64,000 nucleotides of DNA from Octopus sinensis (taxonomy: Eukaryota): positions 94,984,001 through 95,048,000 of the forward strand of contig NC_043005.1 in the NCBI RefSeq assembly GCF_006345805.1. Direction: 5' to 3'. The notes below the pieces were generated by a model that had not been told where the DNA came from, made no database searches, and saw only the letters and a program-made list of their open reading frames with translations. Positions within the stretch are counted from its first letter, which is position 1. Every line of letters begins with the position of its first letter. Both the position numbers and the translations under genes were made by a program. This document shows positions 38,148 to 51,849 of this stretch, piece by piece.

Positions 38148-39274
38148 GACCCAGACAAGATGATTGTGTTGTGAACTTGAAACACCGAAAGAACAAACAA
38201 ATATTGTATGCTGTAGGTCTGTCTGAAGAATTAGATCTAAGCGATTGATGTTCGTGGTGACAAGCAACTCATCAATCGTGATCTTATTCTGTCCACAACA
38301 TGGCCTTTGGAGGTCATGAAAAAACTACGATAAAATACGTTACTATATTTTAATGTTCAGACAGCGAATTGATGGAATGGTGAGAGCGTTGGAAAGAATA
38401 TTTTGAAGTTTTTGTACGGATACTTTCCCTTTCTGGGTTCAAATATCGCCAGGATCAACTTTTATTTTTACCATTCGAGGACCGATGAGTACAGTGCTAG
38501 TCAAATTCTGGGGTTGATTTTCTCCCCACCTCCCTCTTTCTCTCTCTCCCACAAAGTTGTGCTGTGAAAAGGGTTAATCCAGCATGTTTATGTCACATCA
38601 GCTTCGCACACATAAACACACATATGAGTATATATTTGTGTGGTTGAGATGCTCGCTTTACAACCACACAATTTCGGGTACAATCCCACTGCGCAGCATC
38701 TTGGGTACTATTGTCCAGAACCGACCAATGCTTTGCATGCGAATTTCATAAACAGAAACTGTATGGAAGCCCGTCTTATATATGCATATATATGTATTAT
38801 GTTGTTATTGTTGTATTGATGTGAGGTACATATTAGAATTACAAAATTTTGAAAATATTGCTTCAGAGTTGTTATATAAGAAAACAGGAGTCTGGAAATT
38901 TTGGAAGCATTTTTATTCACCATTAGACATGTCTCATTTCCTAATAGGAATCATATCATTATTTGATTCTCTTTCTGAAGAATTTCTAATAAGAAATTTC
39001 TTGCATGTTTATCCAACATGTACAATTTCGTGATTCCTATTATCAAATAAAACATGTGTAATGGTGAATAAATAATATTAAAAAGTTTTCCAGATTCCTG
39101 TTTCGTTTTATATACACACACACACACATATATATACACACACACATACATATAAGTGCAAACAAGGGAGTCAGAGAAAGGCAGAATGCTACTTATATCT
39201 GAACACTACTACAGAAATATTCTTTTAAAAAAACTTTTCTTCTAATTTTTCTAAATTTAACTATTTAATCGTTA

Positions 39275-39312
39275 CAGTTGAAAAGGTCTCAAAATGACCG
39301 AAACCGGTACTG
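39275..39312 (+). ncRNA. Minimal hammerhead with a compensatory U3:A8 core
   Basis: CAG-TTGAAAA-GGTC-TCAAAAT-GACC-GAAA-CCGG-TA-CTG, with a palindromic ACCGGT stem III. The island 39154-39364 lies between microsatellites. Confidence 0.75.
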
Positions 39313-39361
39313 AAAGATTCACTATAAAATTATCTTAGCATTTTCTATTTTTGACTTGTTT

Positions 39362-39478
<117 letters not shown>

Positions 39479-39494
39479 TGAGTGTGTGTGTGTA

Positions 39495-40497
39495 TATATA
39501 TAAAACAATACTGGGAGGAAGAGAAGTGGAACGAAGCGACGAATCGAATCGACCCCGACGCGAATGCGCTGTCAGACAATAATGTAATAAATAAAATATA
39601 TGCATACATACAAACATATATGTACGTACCTACATCTACATGTATATATACATGCATATATAAATATATATACGTGAGTACAGGACACCGCAACTAGACG
39701 TAGAACTAAACGAAAAACGAAAACGGAGAAGCCATTTTTTACAACAAAAAAACAGAGACGAAACGAAAACGGGAAAAACATTTTTTACAACAGAAAACAA
39801 GACAAGGTACAGGACAAACCACACAAGGAAAAAGTCCCCAGTCATCAGCTGTCAATAGCTAACTCAAGCGTGTTTCGAAGGCAAGACAGGACACGACTCG
39901 TTAACTAGTCCTTCACTGCGAGAGAATTAAAATAAAATTGCCTCGCAGAGGGGCAAAAACAGACATGAAAAAATGTAACAAAAACAGGACGTAAAAACGA
40001 TACAAATAAAGCTGCAAAATTAAATACAAGATAAAAAAACATGTACAAGAAAATACAAAACGAGAAAGTAAAGAAGAAAATACAATACGTGAAATCAAAA
40101 GACAAGAAAACAAACGAGAAAAACAAAACGAAAAAGGCCTTTTTTCTGGCAAGACGGAGGATTGTTGTAGTAGCAGCGCAAGGGAACACGTGCTTTCAGC
40201 TTGAAAGCAGGGTGCAAAGGAAGTGGCCAGGAGTGACGAATAAGGAGGAAGAGAGAGAGATATATAGAGGAAGACAATCGGCAAGAGAGAGAAGGGGAAG
40301 AGTGAGCAGGAGAGAGAGCGGAGAAGGCAAAGCAAAGGGAGAGAATTTCGCGTCTTAATTATATATAAAATAATACTAGGAGGAAGAGAAGTGGAACGAA
40401 GCGACGAATCGAATCGACCCCAACGCGAATGTGCTGTCAGACAATAATGTAATAAATAAAATATATGCATACATACAAACATATATGTACGTACCTA
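39495..40497. mobile_element. Non-coding element with 138-bp terminal direct repeats (865-bp unit), embedded in microsatellites
   Basis: Repeats at 39495-39632 and 40360-40497, about 4 mismatches. Confidence 0.7.
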
Positions 40498-40826
40498 GCA
40501 CGCACACACACTCACATACACTTATATACAAATATGTATATGTGTGTGTGTGTTTATATATATATGTATATTAAGGCTGTTGACACCGTCCGATTGAATG
40601 TTACTACCAGGTATCGAACGATAATGATATCCGTGAGGCGGCTGATGATGAGCATGTGTTTGATCTGCTTGTTGGCTCTCATTCTTTTACATCTTGTATT
40701 CTCGTTGTTCTAAGTTATCCGCTATTCTTGTAGGGTTCCTGGTTTATGGTCGATTTCTTACTATATTGTACGACAATTGATATTACTGAGTGTTCATAGG
40801 GCTTCCAGTTATGGCCTGGGTAATAC

Positions 40827-40953
<127 letters not shown>

Positions 40954-41141
40954 AAGTGAGAGTCTCCTTATTTACCTAAAACTCTATTATTCTATTTATT
41001 CTTTTACCTATTTTATCACTGATTCCTTTGACCACTCCCCTAGGAATGATAGTTTGCGCCATGCCTACCCCAAAACGTCCCCCACCACCACCCCTTTAAA
41101 CCTGCCTAAATGTATAAATGCAAAAACTACTCTTGTCACCT

Positions 41142-41192
41142 AGCTTCCTGATGATTTCTTTTGAATGAAACAGTTCTAGTCCTGTAGAAGCT
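41142..41192 (+). ncRNA. Type I hammerhead ribozyme, intact core
   Basis: AGCTTC-CTGATGA-T-TTC-TTTT-GAA-T-GAAA-CAG-TTCTAGTC-CTG-TA-GAAGCT. All three stems form, GUA site (cut after 41186), AATAAA just downstream. The island 40954-41277 lies between (TA)n tracts. Confidence 0.88.
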
Positions 41193-41361
41193 CCTTCTAT
41201 AAAATAAATTAATTTACTCTGCTATGTATTGAGTACCTTATTTACTGTGGTTAACCCCGACTCAACCCGGGACCTACATATATATATATATATATATATT
41301 TAAATAATGAGGGAGATAAATTAATATTAATTTTAATATCAATTTAAAACCAGTAGTCCGG

Positions 41362-41402
<41 letters not shown>

Positions 41403-41406
<4 letters not shown>

Positions 41407-41817
41407 GCCATGCTGGAGTACCACCTTTAATCGAGCACATCGACCCTAGGACTTATTCTTTGTAAGCCTAGTACTTATTCCACTAGTCTCTTTTGCTGAA
41501 CTGCTAAGTTACGGAGACGTAAACACACCAGCATCGGTTGTCAAGTGATGTTGGGGACACACACACAGACACACAAACATACACACACACACACACACAT
41601 ATATGTATATATAATACATATATATGTGTGTGTGTGTGTGTGTTTGTGTGTCCGTGTGTGTCCCCCCAACATCACTTGACAACCGATGCTGGTGTGTTTA
41701 CGTCTCCGTAACTTAGCAGTTCAGCAAAAGAGACTAGTGGAATAAGTACTAGGCTTACAAAGAATAAGTCCTAGGGTCGATGTGCTCGATTAAAGGTGGT
41801 ACTCCAGCATGGCCACA
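41403..41817. repeat. Fold-back inverted duplication of a SINE A 3' half
   Basis: Arms share private variants (ggagtaccacc, gagcacatcgaccctagg, ccactagtctc) around a CA/TA/TG centre. Confidence 0.9.
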
Positions 41818-42382
41818 GTCAAATGACTGAAACAAGTAAAAGAGTAAACCTAAAGAGTAAAACCTAAAACCAATACATAGTGCCCCGATTACAAACATTA
41901 GTGCTTTATGACAGTGCTTTCCTCAATTTCGGCCATCCTATTTTCTGTCGAATGCTCCCCTTCCTTCCTCTCTACTTTTCTTTCCTTCTCTTCACCTTAC
42001 TCCTTCCTTTGCAGATCACCCTTTGTCTTCCCCTTTTCTCTATATCTCGCTTCCACCTTTCTCTCTTCTTTCTCTCACCCCCTACCCCATGCCTGTATCA
42101 TTCCTTCAGTATTCTGCTTCGCCATTATCAGAAATGGCTCTGAAGGAAGTAGCATTAATTTTTTTAGGTCGTTCAACTTTTCTCAACTGATCAATTGATC
42201 AGTTGAGCAAACCTATCAGTAACGAGCCTACAATGACTACTGGAAACAGCTCTAAGTCAAATTTACTTCAATAATAGAAAATATGTAATGACCATTACTT
42301 ATATCTTGTTTTATATACATATACATATATATATATATCATACTCATACACACGCACACATATATGTATGTATGTATGTATG

Positions 42383-42500
<118 letters not shown>

Positions 42501-42546
42501 TACATATATATGTATGTACGTACATATATATATATATGTTTGTACG

Positions 42547-42587
<41 letters not shown>

Positions 42588-42874
42588 ATAATACATTATC
42601 GGGATTTATAACTTCCTAAGAATATATAGTAATATAATAATACCGAGAAAAAATTGTGTGCGTGATGTAGAGTAATGTGTTGTGTATATGATTATAGATG
42701 TATGCACACACACACACACACACACATACACACACAAACATACATATATACATACATATATATATATATATATATAACGGGAAGCTTTATGAAAATAAAC
42801 AAAAGACGAAGGCAGGTGGAAAACAAACGAACAATTGTATTAGTATGGCGCTCAGGAAATATAAATAAAACAAG

Positions 42875-42912
42875 TCTTTAACGTTTCGAGCCTACGCTCT
42901 TCAACAGAAAGA
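42875..42912 (-). ncRNA. Minimal hammerhead variant (A6U, extra A after A9)
   Basis: TCTTT-CTGTTGA-A-GAGC-GTAG-GCTC-GAAACGTT-AAAGA. The island 42776-43322 lies between (TA)n tracts. Confidence 0.7.
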
Positions 42913-43149
42913 TACACAGAGAGAGAAAAACACAGAAAGAAGGAGAGAAAAAAAATGCGTGCAGTAGCTAACGAATCAACATGGCGATCTGATTTCGGCC
43001 AGAGGTCAAAGATCAAACATGAGACGCGAGAGCGAAATAAGGGGAGATAATAGGGTTGATAAATGGGTTGAGGGACCAGCTAAAAGTGCGTGGGAGGGGT
43101 CTGGATGTGTGTATGTATAGGGTTGGTGTATGTATTAGTATGTATAAGG

Positions 43150-43180
<31 letters not shown>

Positions 43181-43321
43181 TATTAGTGCGTAAGATTGGT
43201 CTGGACGTGCGTATGTATGGGGTTGGTGTATGTATTAGTATGTATTAGTATGTATTAGTACGTATTGGTATGTATAGGTGTGTGTGTGTGTGTGTGAGAG
43301 AGTATAAGTGCGTATAAGTGC

Positions 43322-43361
<40 letters not shown>

Positions 43362-43595
43362 GAAGAGATGTGTAATGCCTTTTTGGGAGGGGGAAGTATT
43401 ACAGATTTTTCTATGAATATTTTTTTTTCAATCAGTCATATTGATCTTTGTGTAGACACAATTTATCCAATCTAGTTATTTTGTTTTTGGTTATACCAAA
43501 TATATTTTGTATTTCACCCATGAGACATGGTTAGATCATACGATGTTCGCTCCTAATACGGATGCGTTTATGCATGTATGTATAAGTGTTAGTAC

Positions 43596-43630
<35 letters not shown>

Positions 43631-43699
43631 TGTATGTATGGAAGGATGTATATGTATATATGTGTGTAGGTGTGTATAAAATCATGTATGTATATATCT

Positions 43700-43770
<71 letters not shown>

Positions 43771-44114
43771 TGTGTGTGTGTGTGTGTCTGTGTGTGTGTA
43801 CATATGTGTGTTGTGTGTATAGCGAGAGACAGGGGAGAAAGAGAGAGAGGGAGAGAGAGAGAGAAGGAGAGAGAGTGGAATAACTGATAGGCAAGCAGCA
43901 TGAAACTGGACAAGAAAGATTAAGAAAGATACAATTATTCTTTTAACAGGATGTATTATGAAGCCTTGATTTACTGAAAGTGTCTTCTCTTCGAGAGAAG
44001 GTAAACAAACCCTAAGTGGCATTTGCGACCGACACTGAATGAAGGATGGTCGTCGGTTTATGGAATCAACCGTTGTTCAGAATTAACATGGCATCAAAGA
44101 GGAAAGGGTTGTTT

Positions 44115-44154
<40 letters not shown>

Positions 44155-44156
<2 letters not shown>

Positions 44157-44576
44157 CGCAGGAGTGGCTGTGTGGTAAGTAGCTTGCTTACCAACCACAT
44201 GGTTCTGGGTTCAGTCCCACTGCGTGGCACCTTGGGCAAGTGTCTTCTGCTATAGCCTCGGGCCGACCAAAGCCTTGTGAGTGGATTTGGTAGACGGAAA
44301 CAGAAAGAAGCCCGTCGTATATATGTATATATATATATGTGTGTACGTATGTGTTTGTGCGTCTGTGTTTGTCCCCCTAGCATTGCTTGACAACCGATGC
44401 TGGTGTGTTTATGTCCCCGTCACTTAGCGGTTCGGCAAAAGAGACCGATAGAATAAGTACTGGGCTTACAAAAGAATAAGTCCCGGGGTCGTGTGTTGCT
44501 CGACTAAAGGCGGTGCTCCAGCATGGCCGCAGTCAAAATGACTGAAACAAGTAAAAGAGTAAAAGAGTAAAAGAGT
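44155..44576 (+). mobile_element. SINE family A, full copy in (TA)n
   Basis: Same structure as 21749-22147, with a (GTAAAAGA)3 tail. Confidence 0.92.
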
Positions 44577-44639
44577 ATATATATACACACACACACACAC
44601 GCGCATACATTTTCATTTTTTGCCAATATACGAGAATAT

Positions 44640-44682
44640 CTATGAACACGTGTTTCTACCCCAATTGGCCTCATCAGCGCAG
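44640..44682 (-). ncRNA. Minimal hammerhead with intact core and palindromic stem III
   Basis: CTGCG-CTGATGA-GGCCAATTGGGGTA-GAAA-CACGTG-TT-CATAG. AACACGTGTT palindrome, stems I and II slightly decayed. Confidence 0.65.
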
Positions 44683-45799
44683 TAATTGTTCTTCCGTGTC
44701 TTATGTCAAACATAAAACTAAGACATGTACAAAAAGACTAAAGAAAATTTATCCTCTTGGTGTAATTCTATAAAGACAAACCTGAGCTGCGAGAAATACC
44801 TTGAAGTGTCCAGTGATATGAATATCTAACACGCACAGTGCTCTTTGTTGGACTTACTGTTCATATTCAGGATCCGCGTACATTATTCTAAGAACCGAAA
44901 GTGCATAGCTAAATGCATGGTTATTCGACTTCACAACCACAAGGTCAGGTTCGATTCCAGTATCGAGCAGCGCTTTGAGTCGTTGAGTGAAGCACTTCAT
45001 TTCCCGTTCAACCTGTCTACTCAAGTGAAAATAGTGCAGAGTAGGGCCTAATAGATAATTGGTCAAGAAATTTTCCTTACATTACATATCAACGGCCCTT
45101 CATGAGTATATATATATATTATCTTTTATCTTTAGATGTCATTCTACTGCAGTCGAGCTAGATCATTGCTTTGGAGAATCGATACTCATTTTATTTAAAG
45201 CCCGTTACTTATTCTATCGGACACTTTTTGCCGAACTGCTAAGTTACGGGGGCGTAAACACGCCAACACTGATTGCCAACCGATGGTAGAGAACAAGCAT
45301 ATACATACATACACACACACATTCACTCACTCACACACTCTCTCACACATACACACTCACACAAACACACACAGAGTCTTCAAAACTACATATGATGGAA
45401 TGGTGTACATTCATACAGACACAAATGTATATATACATGCATACACACATGGTGAATATGACAAGATATTTACCATACGATAACAAAGACAGTATTCAAA
45501 ATAGCTAAAAGCGAAATTATAAAATAAAAATGAAAATTTATACATATCATTTCCCTACTCAAGTTTTATTTGAATCATTCAGTTGCTATGTATGTATGTA
45601 TGTATGTATGTATGTATGTATGTATGTATGTATGTATGTATGTATGTATGTATGTATGCAGGCATGTGTGTATGTATGTCTGTTCGATCACAGCACCAAT
45701 AACAGTTAAGCTTCGTGCAATGGCCATACTCGATAACGAGGGGGCAGCCATCATGTGAGTGTGTGTGTCTGCATATACATGTCTATGTATATAAACGAC

Positions 45800-45858
<59 letters not shown>

Positions 45859-46255
45859 TTTTGTGACTACTTGCTTTACTACAAAGAATTACGACAGAAA
45901 TTAATACTACATCAAACAAGAACGATATGATATTAATTCATTATATTACAGAATATGATATTACATTATATTTCACTCACGCACACTCACACGCACACTC
46001 ACAGACATACTCACACACATACATACACTCACAGTTACACATACACCCTTATATATATATATGTGTGTGTGTGTATGCATGTATGCATATATGTATACAT
46101 ATGTTGGGCTGTCAAATAAATTCAGTTTTCTTATTTTTTAATTTTTACTTGGCACTCCATCATATATCTGAATAGAGGTAAAATTTATTCAAATGCCAAA
46201 GATGATAAACAAGATGACGAACACAGTTGCAAAAAATTATATATATATATATATG

Positions 46256-46356
<101 letters not shown>

Positions 46357-46439
46357 ATATATATATATATATATTTACATACATACATACAGACATATAT
46401 ATGTATATATATAGATATACAAACAAACATATATATACT

Positions 46440-46471
<32 letters not shown>

Positions 46472-46609
46472 TGTATGTATGTATGTATGTATATATATAT
46501 ATATATATATATATAGTAAATCCAAAAAAGGACAAACACAAAAAAAGAACAACGCGAAGACGTGGTACATGTAACGCATTAGCAGAACTCAGAGAAGGGA
46601 AGCAAGATG

Positions 46610-46645
46610 GTTTAAGGTTTCGAGCAGACGCTCTTCTTCGGAAAC
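46610..46645 (-). ncRNA. Minimal hammerhead variant (U4C, extra A after A9)
   Basis: GTTT-CCGAAGA-A-GAGC-GTCT-GCTC-GAAACCTT-AAAC. Same GAGC/GCTC stem II as 42875. The island follows (TA)n. Confidence 0.65.
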
Positions 46646-47895
46646 AGAGGAAAATCCAATAGAAGGGAAGATGGAGGAAGAAAATCGCCAACGATTCACA
46701 TGTGGTTACATTTTGAAATGACCGGAAGGGAATGGGTGAAGAAAAAGTTCTTTCTAAGACAGGAAAGTGTAAGAGAAGGTATGTGTGTGTATGTGCGGGC
46801 ATGTGCGTGCGCGCAAGTCTCTGTGTGTGTGTGTGTGTGTGCGTAATAGCATTTTTCTTGGACAATCAATAAGTTGAAAGGGTTAGTTTTAAGGTTAGTA
46901 TTAGGGTTAGTTTTAAGGTTATGGTTAGTTTTAGGGTTAGGGTTAGGTTTAGTTAGATGGTGTGCACTCGCTTTGCCTTCGCTCATTTTATGATGTGATA
47001 TACGACAGAAATAATTGTAAACTATAGAGCAAATATGTTTAAGACGTATACAAGTTTTGTTATTTTATTTTTGTCTTCATTTTACAGAGAAAATAAATTG
47101 TAGAACATATAATTCAGTGGCTATTTGGACCCTCGTATCATTAATAATACCTGACTGGCAAAAGCAAATTACCTGCCCTTGTATCGTCCGACATGTTTGT
47201 TTATATTTGCGAGTGCCCGTTTTCCGTTTGTTTTATTTCTTAGCATAAAATATTTAAAAATGCATAAATCTTTCTAATATTTTGCATACATCATTTATTT
47301 TGTATATATTTTCCATTTTCATAACTCTTTTTTAATTACTTTCTATTTTCTTGGAGAGGTGCGTTTTTAAAGAAGCGCCAAGAATCCAAAACAAATGCCA
47401 AATGGCTACAGAAATTTCCCTATTCCCCGGAATACCGAGAAATAAGTAGTCCAACGAAGCCTGCAATAACAATTTTCAACAATAATTCTCAACAACAGTT
47501 TACAACAAATAACAGAGTTTCAACAATAAAAGCGATAACTCACAGAGCACAAAGTAAACACGACCGAAGGCTTCAAACCGGAAGCAAGCTTCTTACCACG
47601 CAGTTATGCCTGCGCCTTTATCTAAAACCTTTTGCAAATATTTCTTGATAGAGTTGCATTAGTTGGAAACAGATTTTATTAGCAAGTGTTAACTATTTAA
47701 GAAATTTTCTTTTATTTAACAGAATATCACTAACCATTGTGGAAGAAGTTTCTATATAACATTTTGTGTCCAGTGTGAATTTTGTGTGTTAGCGCTTTCG
47801 TTTTTCAACTTTTCAAACGCACTAAGGGTAGTGACATTTTGTTAAGTGAAAGAAATTTTTAGATAATAACTTTTTAAAAAACCTTTTTCTAATTA

Positions 47896-49157
47896 CGAGG
47901 GGCGTTCAATAAGTAATGCCCCTGACCCACTTCCCATAGCAGTAGAGCAACGAAACTTGGCACAGTTATTAGTCTTTTTCTACATAGGAACCACCCAGAG
48001 TTACGCATTTCTCCCATCGTTTGATGCGGCTCTGGAGACCGTTTTTGTAGAAGAACCCAGCTTGGTCCTCCAACCTCAACGTGACTTCAGAAATCAAGGC
48101 TGCATCATCTGGGAAACGCTTTCCTTTCAAAAACAACTTCATGATTGGGAAGAGGTGAAAATCAGAGGGTGCAAGGTCATAGCCATACGCCGGTGCTTCT
48201 GATCTGGCGACAAGCGAGTTGTGGACCGGAGCGTTGTCCTGCAGGAGGAGGATGCCTTTGCTGATCTTGCCCCACCTCTTGATTTTGATAACTTCTCTTA
48301 ATTTCCTCAAAAGTGAAGCATAATAGGCTCCTGCAATTGTGGTACCCTTTGCCAGGAAATCTGTCATCACTACTCCGTCCTGGTCCCAGAAGACTGTGAG
48401 CATGACCTTGCCAGCGGAGGGCTGCACCCTTGCATTCTTTGGAGGGGGTGAGTCACGGTGCTTCCACTGCATTGACTGGGATTTGGTCTCTGGATCATCG
48501 TGATGGACCCAGGTTTCATCCTGTGTAATCAGTCTTTTGAAAAATTTTGACTCATCTTCTTGGCACATCTCCAAATTCACCCTCGAGCACTCGACGCGTT
48601 CTTGCTTCTGGAAAGGCGTGAGCAACCTGGGAATCCATCTGGTAGACACCTTTTGCATATGCAAATGGTCATGAATGATAGTTTCCACAGACCCGGTTCT
48701 AATCTTGACCTCATGGGCTATTTGGCGAATAGTTATGCGTCGATCTTCCAAAATGGCAGCCTCAACTTGACGGACAGATGCCTCATCAATGGCAGAAGGG
48801 GGCGACCAGATCAGGGAGCTGTTTCCACAGAGTTACGACCATGTTTGAATTCACGATGCCAGCGTTTTACAAGGTCATATGATGGGGCATCATCACCATA
48901 AGTTACTTTCAATTCATCAAAAGTCTCCCGTGGTGTGCGTCCTTTCAAATACAAAAACCGGATCACTGCTCGACACTCAACAGGCTCCATTTCACACTTG
49001 ACTCGGTTCAAACACCTGTAAATCAGAAACCACAATTAATTCAGAGCTGTAATTTGCCACTTACTCTATAGAGATATAAATGATTGCACATGCAAAATTT
49101 CAGCTAGATCAAACAACTGCAAGTGGGTCAGAGGCATTACTTATTGAACGTCCCTCG
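47896..49157 (-). mobile_element. Full-length mariner (DD34D, irritans-like) with an inactivated transposase
   Basis: 37-bp TIRs with 2 mismatches (CGAGGGGCGTTCAATAAGTAATGCCCCTGACCCACTT), TA duplication at 47894-47895 and 49158-49159. Motifs WIPRLL, QDETW, QDNAP, DLAPSDF. In-frame stop after SVETAP, a frameshift, and loss of the HPPYSP segment. Confidence 0.95.
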
Positions 49158-49343
49158 TATATATACGTGTGTATGGGAGCTGTATGTATGTGTGTGCGCA
49201 CGCGCGTGTATGTATCTGTCTGCCAGTCTGTTCCGGGCAGATATGTGCTGTGATGTAGAAAAACTCGGATTTGGGGACCGAAGGAGAAGTAAGTCCACTG
49301 GGAATAAGGGATCCTTGAACTTTGTCAAGGCATGCTTCTAGGA

Positions 49344-49681
49344 CAGGTTCTCAACCATTTTTTTTATATATGGACCCCTTTGATTATTATTGTATTTTGG
49401 TGGACCCCGTAGCCATTCGATGTTTCCAAATTAGTTTTATAGAAATTTCTTTCACAGTTCCTATTGTTTTTCATACATTAACTTGTGTAGGTTAAACTAT
49501 GTAAAATGTTTGAGAAAGAAACCCAGCTGTTTCTTCCAATATATACATCAAAGCCAAAATTATTTCAGTTTCCCTTGAAATACTATTGTGGTACCCCAAT
49601 CTACTATTTTGCTGCGTGGACCCCTCCAAAAATCTTTTATGGATCGTCAGGAGTCATATGGACCCTAGTTGAGAACCACTG
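49344..49681. mobile_element. hAT-Charlie/MER5-like MITE
   Basis: CAGGTTCTCAAC ... GTTGAGAACCACTG termini, internal ggacccc motifs, ctagga on both flanks. Confidence 0.7.
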
Positions 49682-50279
49682 CTAGGAGAAGGATAATTTG
49701 TATATAAAACCCGCAGTTCTACTGAGCGAGACATCTTGCACTTTGCTTGTCACTGGACTTCTTGGTATTGTTTTTGAGAGGCGTTGCACAAGCTGCACTC
49801 CACTCATCGAACATTGCTGACATTCAACGATGGTCATGCACGTCTAACGAGTAGACAATCATTATATGTATATCTCTGTTTGGCTTCGTCTCCAACCATT
49901 ACTTGGCAACCGGCGTTTACGACCCCGAAATCTAACACTTCAGCAAAAGAGAGCGACAAAACAAGTACCAAGTTTGAAAAATAAGTGACACGGTCGATTT
50001 CTTCGACTAAAACATTTCAAGTCTGTGCTCCAGCATGGCCTTAGTCCAATAAGTGAAACAAAAAGTATCTTTATCTTTTTTTCTTTTACTTGTTTCAGTC
50101 AGCTGACTGCGGCCATGCTAGAGTACCGCCTTCAAGAGTTTTAATTGAACAAATCGACTCAATGGCTTCCTTTTGTTAAGCATATTACTTATTCTATCAG
50201 CTTATTTTGCCAAACCGCTACGTTACGGGGACGTAAACTCACCAGCACTGGTTGTCAAGCGGTGATGGCGGACAAGCAC

Positions 50280-51688
50280 ACACATACATACATGCATACA
50301 TGCATACATACATACATACATACATACATACAAACCTACATACATACATGCATACATGCATGCATACATACATACATACATACATACATGCATGCATGCA
50401 TGCATACATACATACATATATGCATGCATGCATACATACATACATACATACATACATACATGCATACATACATGCATACATACATACATACATACATACA
50501 TGCATGCATGCATACATACATGCATGCATGCATGCATACATACATACATGCATGCATGCATGCATGCATGCATACATACATACATACATACATACATACA
50601 TACATACATACATGCATACATACATACATATATGCATGCATGCATGCATACATACATACATATATACATACATACATACATACATGCATACATACATGCA
50701 TACATACATACATACATACATACATACATACATACATGCATGCATGCATACATACATGCATGCATGCATGCATACATACATACATGCATGCATGCATGCA
50801 TGCATACATACATACATACATACATACATACATACATACATACATACATACATACATGCATGCATACATACATATATACATACATACATGCATGCATACA
50901 TACATACATGCATGCATACATACATACATACATACATACATACATACATGCAAGCATACATACATATATACATACATACATGCATACATACATACATACA
51001 TGCATGCATACATACATACATACATACATACATACATACATACATACATACATACATGCATGCATGCATGCATACATACATATATACATACATACATGCA
51101 TGCATACATACATACATGCATGCATACATACATACATACATACATACATACATACATACATACATACATACATACATACATACATACATACATGCATGCA
51201 AGCATACATACATATATACATACATACATACATGCATACATACATACATACATGCATGCATGCATACATACATACATACATACATACATACATACATACA
51301 TACATACATACATACATACATACATACATACATACATACATGCATGCATGCATACATACATATATACATACATACATACATACATACATACATACATACA
51401 TACATACATACATACATACATACATACATACATGCATGCATGCATGCATACATACATATATACATACATACATGCATGCATACATACATACATGCATACA
51501 TACATACATACATACATGCATGCATGCATACATACATATATACATACATACATGCAAGCATACATACATATATACATACATACATACATGCATACATACA
51601 TACATGCATGCATACATACATACATGCATGCATACATACATACATACATACATACATACATGCATACATACATACATACATACATACA

Positions 51689-51751
<63 letters not shown>

Positions 51752-51762
51752 TTACATACATT

Positions 51763-51791
<29 letters not shown>
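50280..51791. repeat. About 1.5-kb compound (TACA/TGCA)n microsatellite grown from the internal repeat of a SINE A
   Basis: Follows a SINE A 3' half (50083-50280, -) and generates the 450-575 aa artefactual ORFs. Confidence 0.95.
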
Positions 51792-51793
<2 letters not shown>

Positions 51794-51849
51794 TTCCATT
51801 AATTCCGACGTATACGTTCAGTATCAGAGCATTGTGGACTTGTTATTTC

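Noticed and set aside
40642-40672. CTGATGA plus hairpin (similar cases at 38975, 39842 and 58376)
   Set aside because: No correctly placed GAAA. Expected by chance.
47087-47248. Possible exon after a strong acceptor (ttcatttacAG)
   Set aside because: No convincing donor or recognisable peptide, so it is unsupported.
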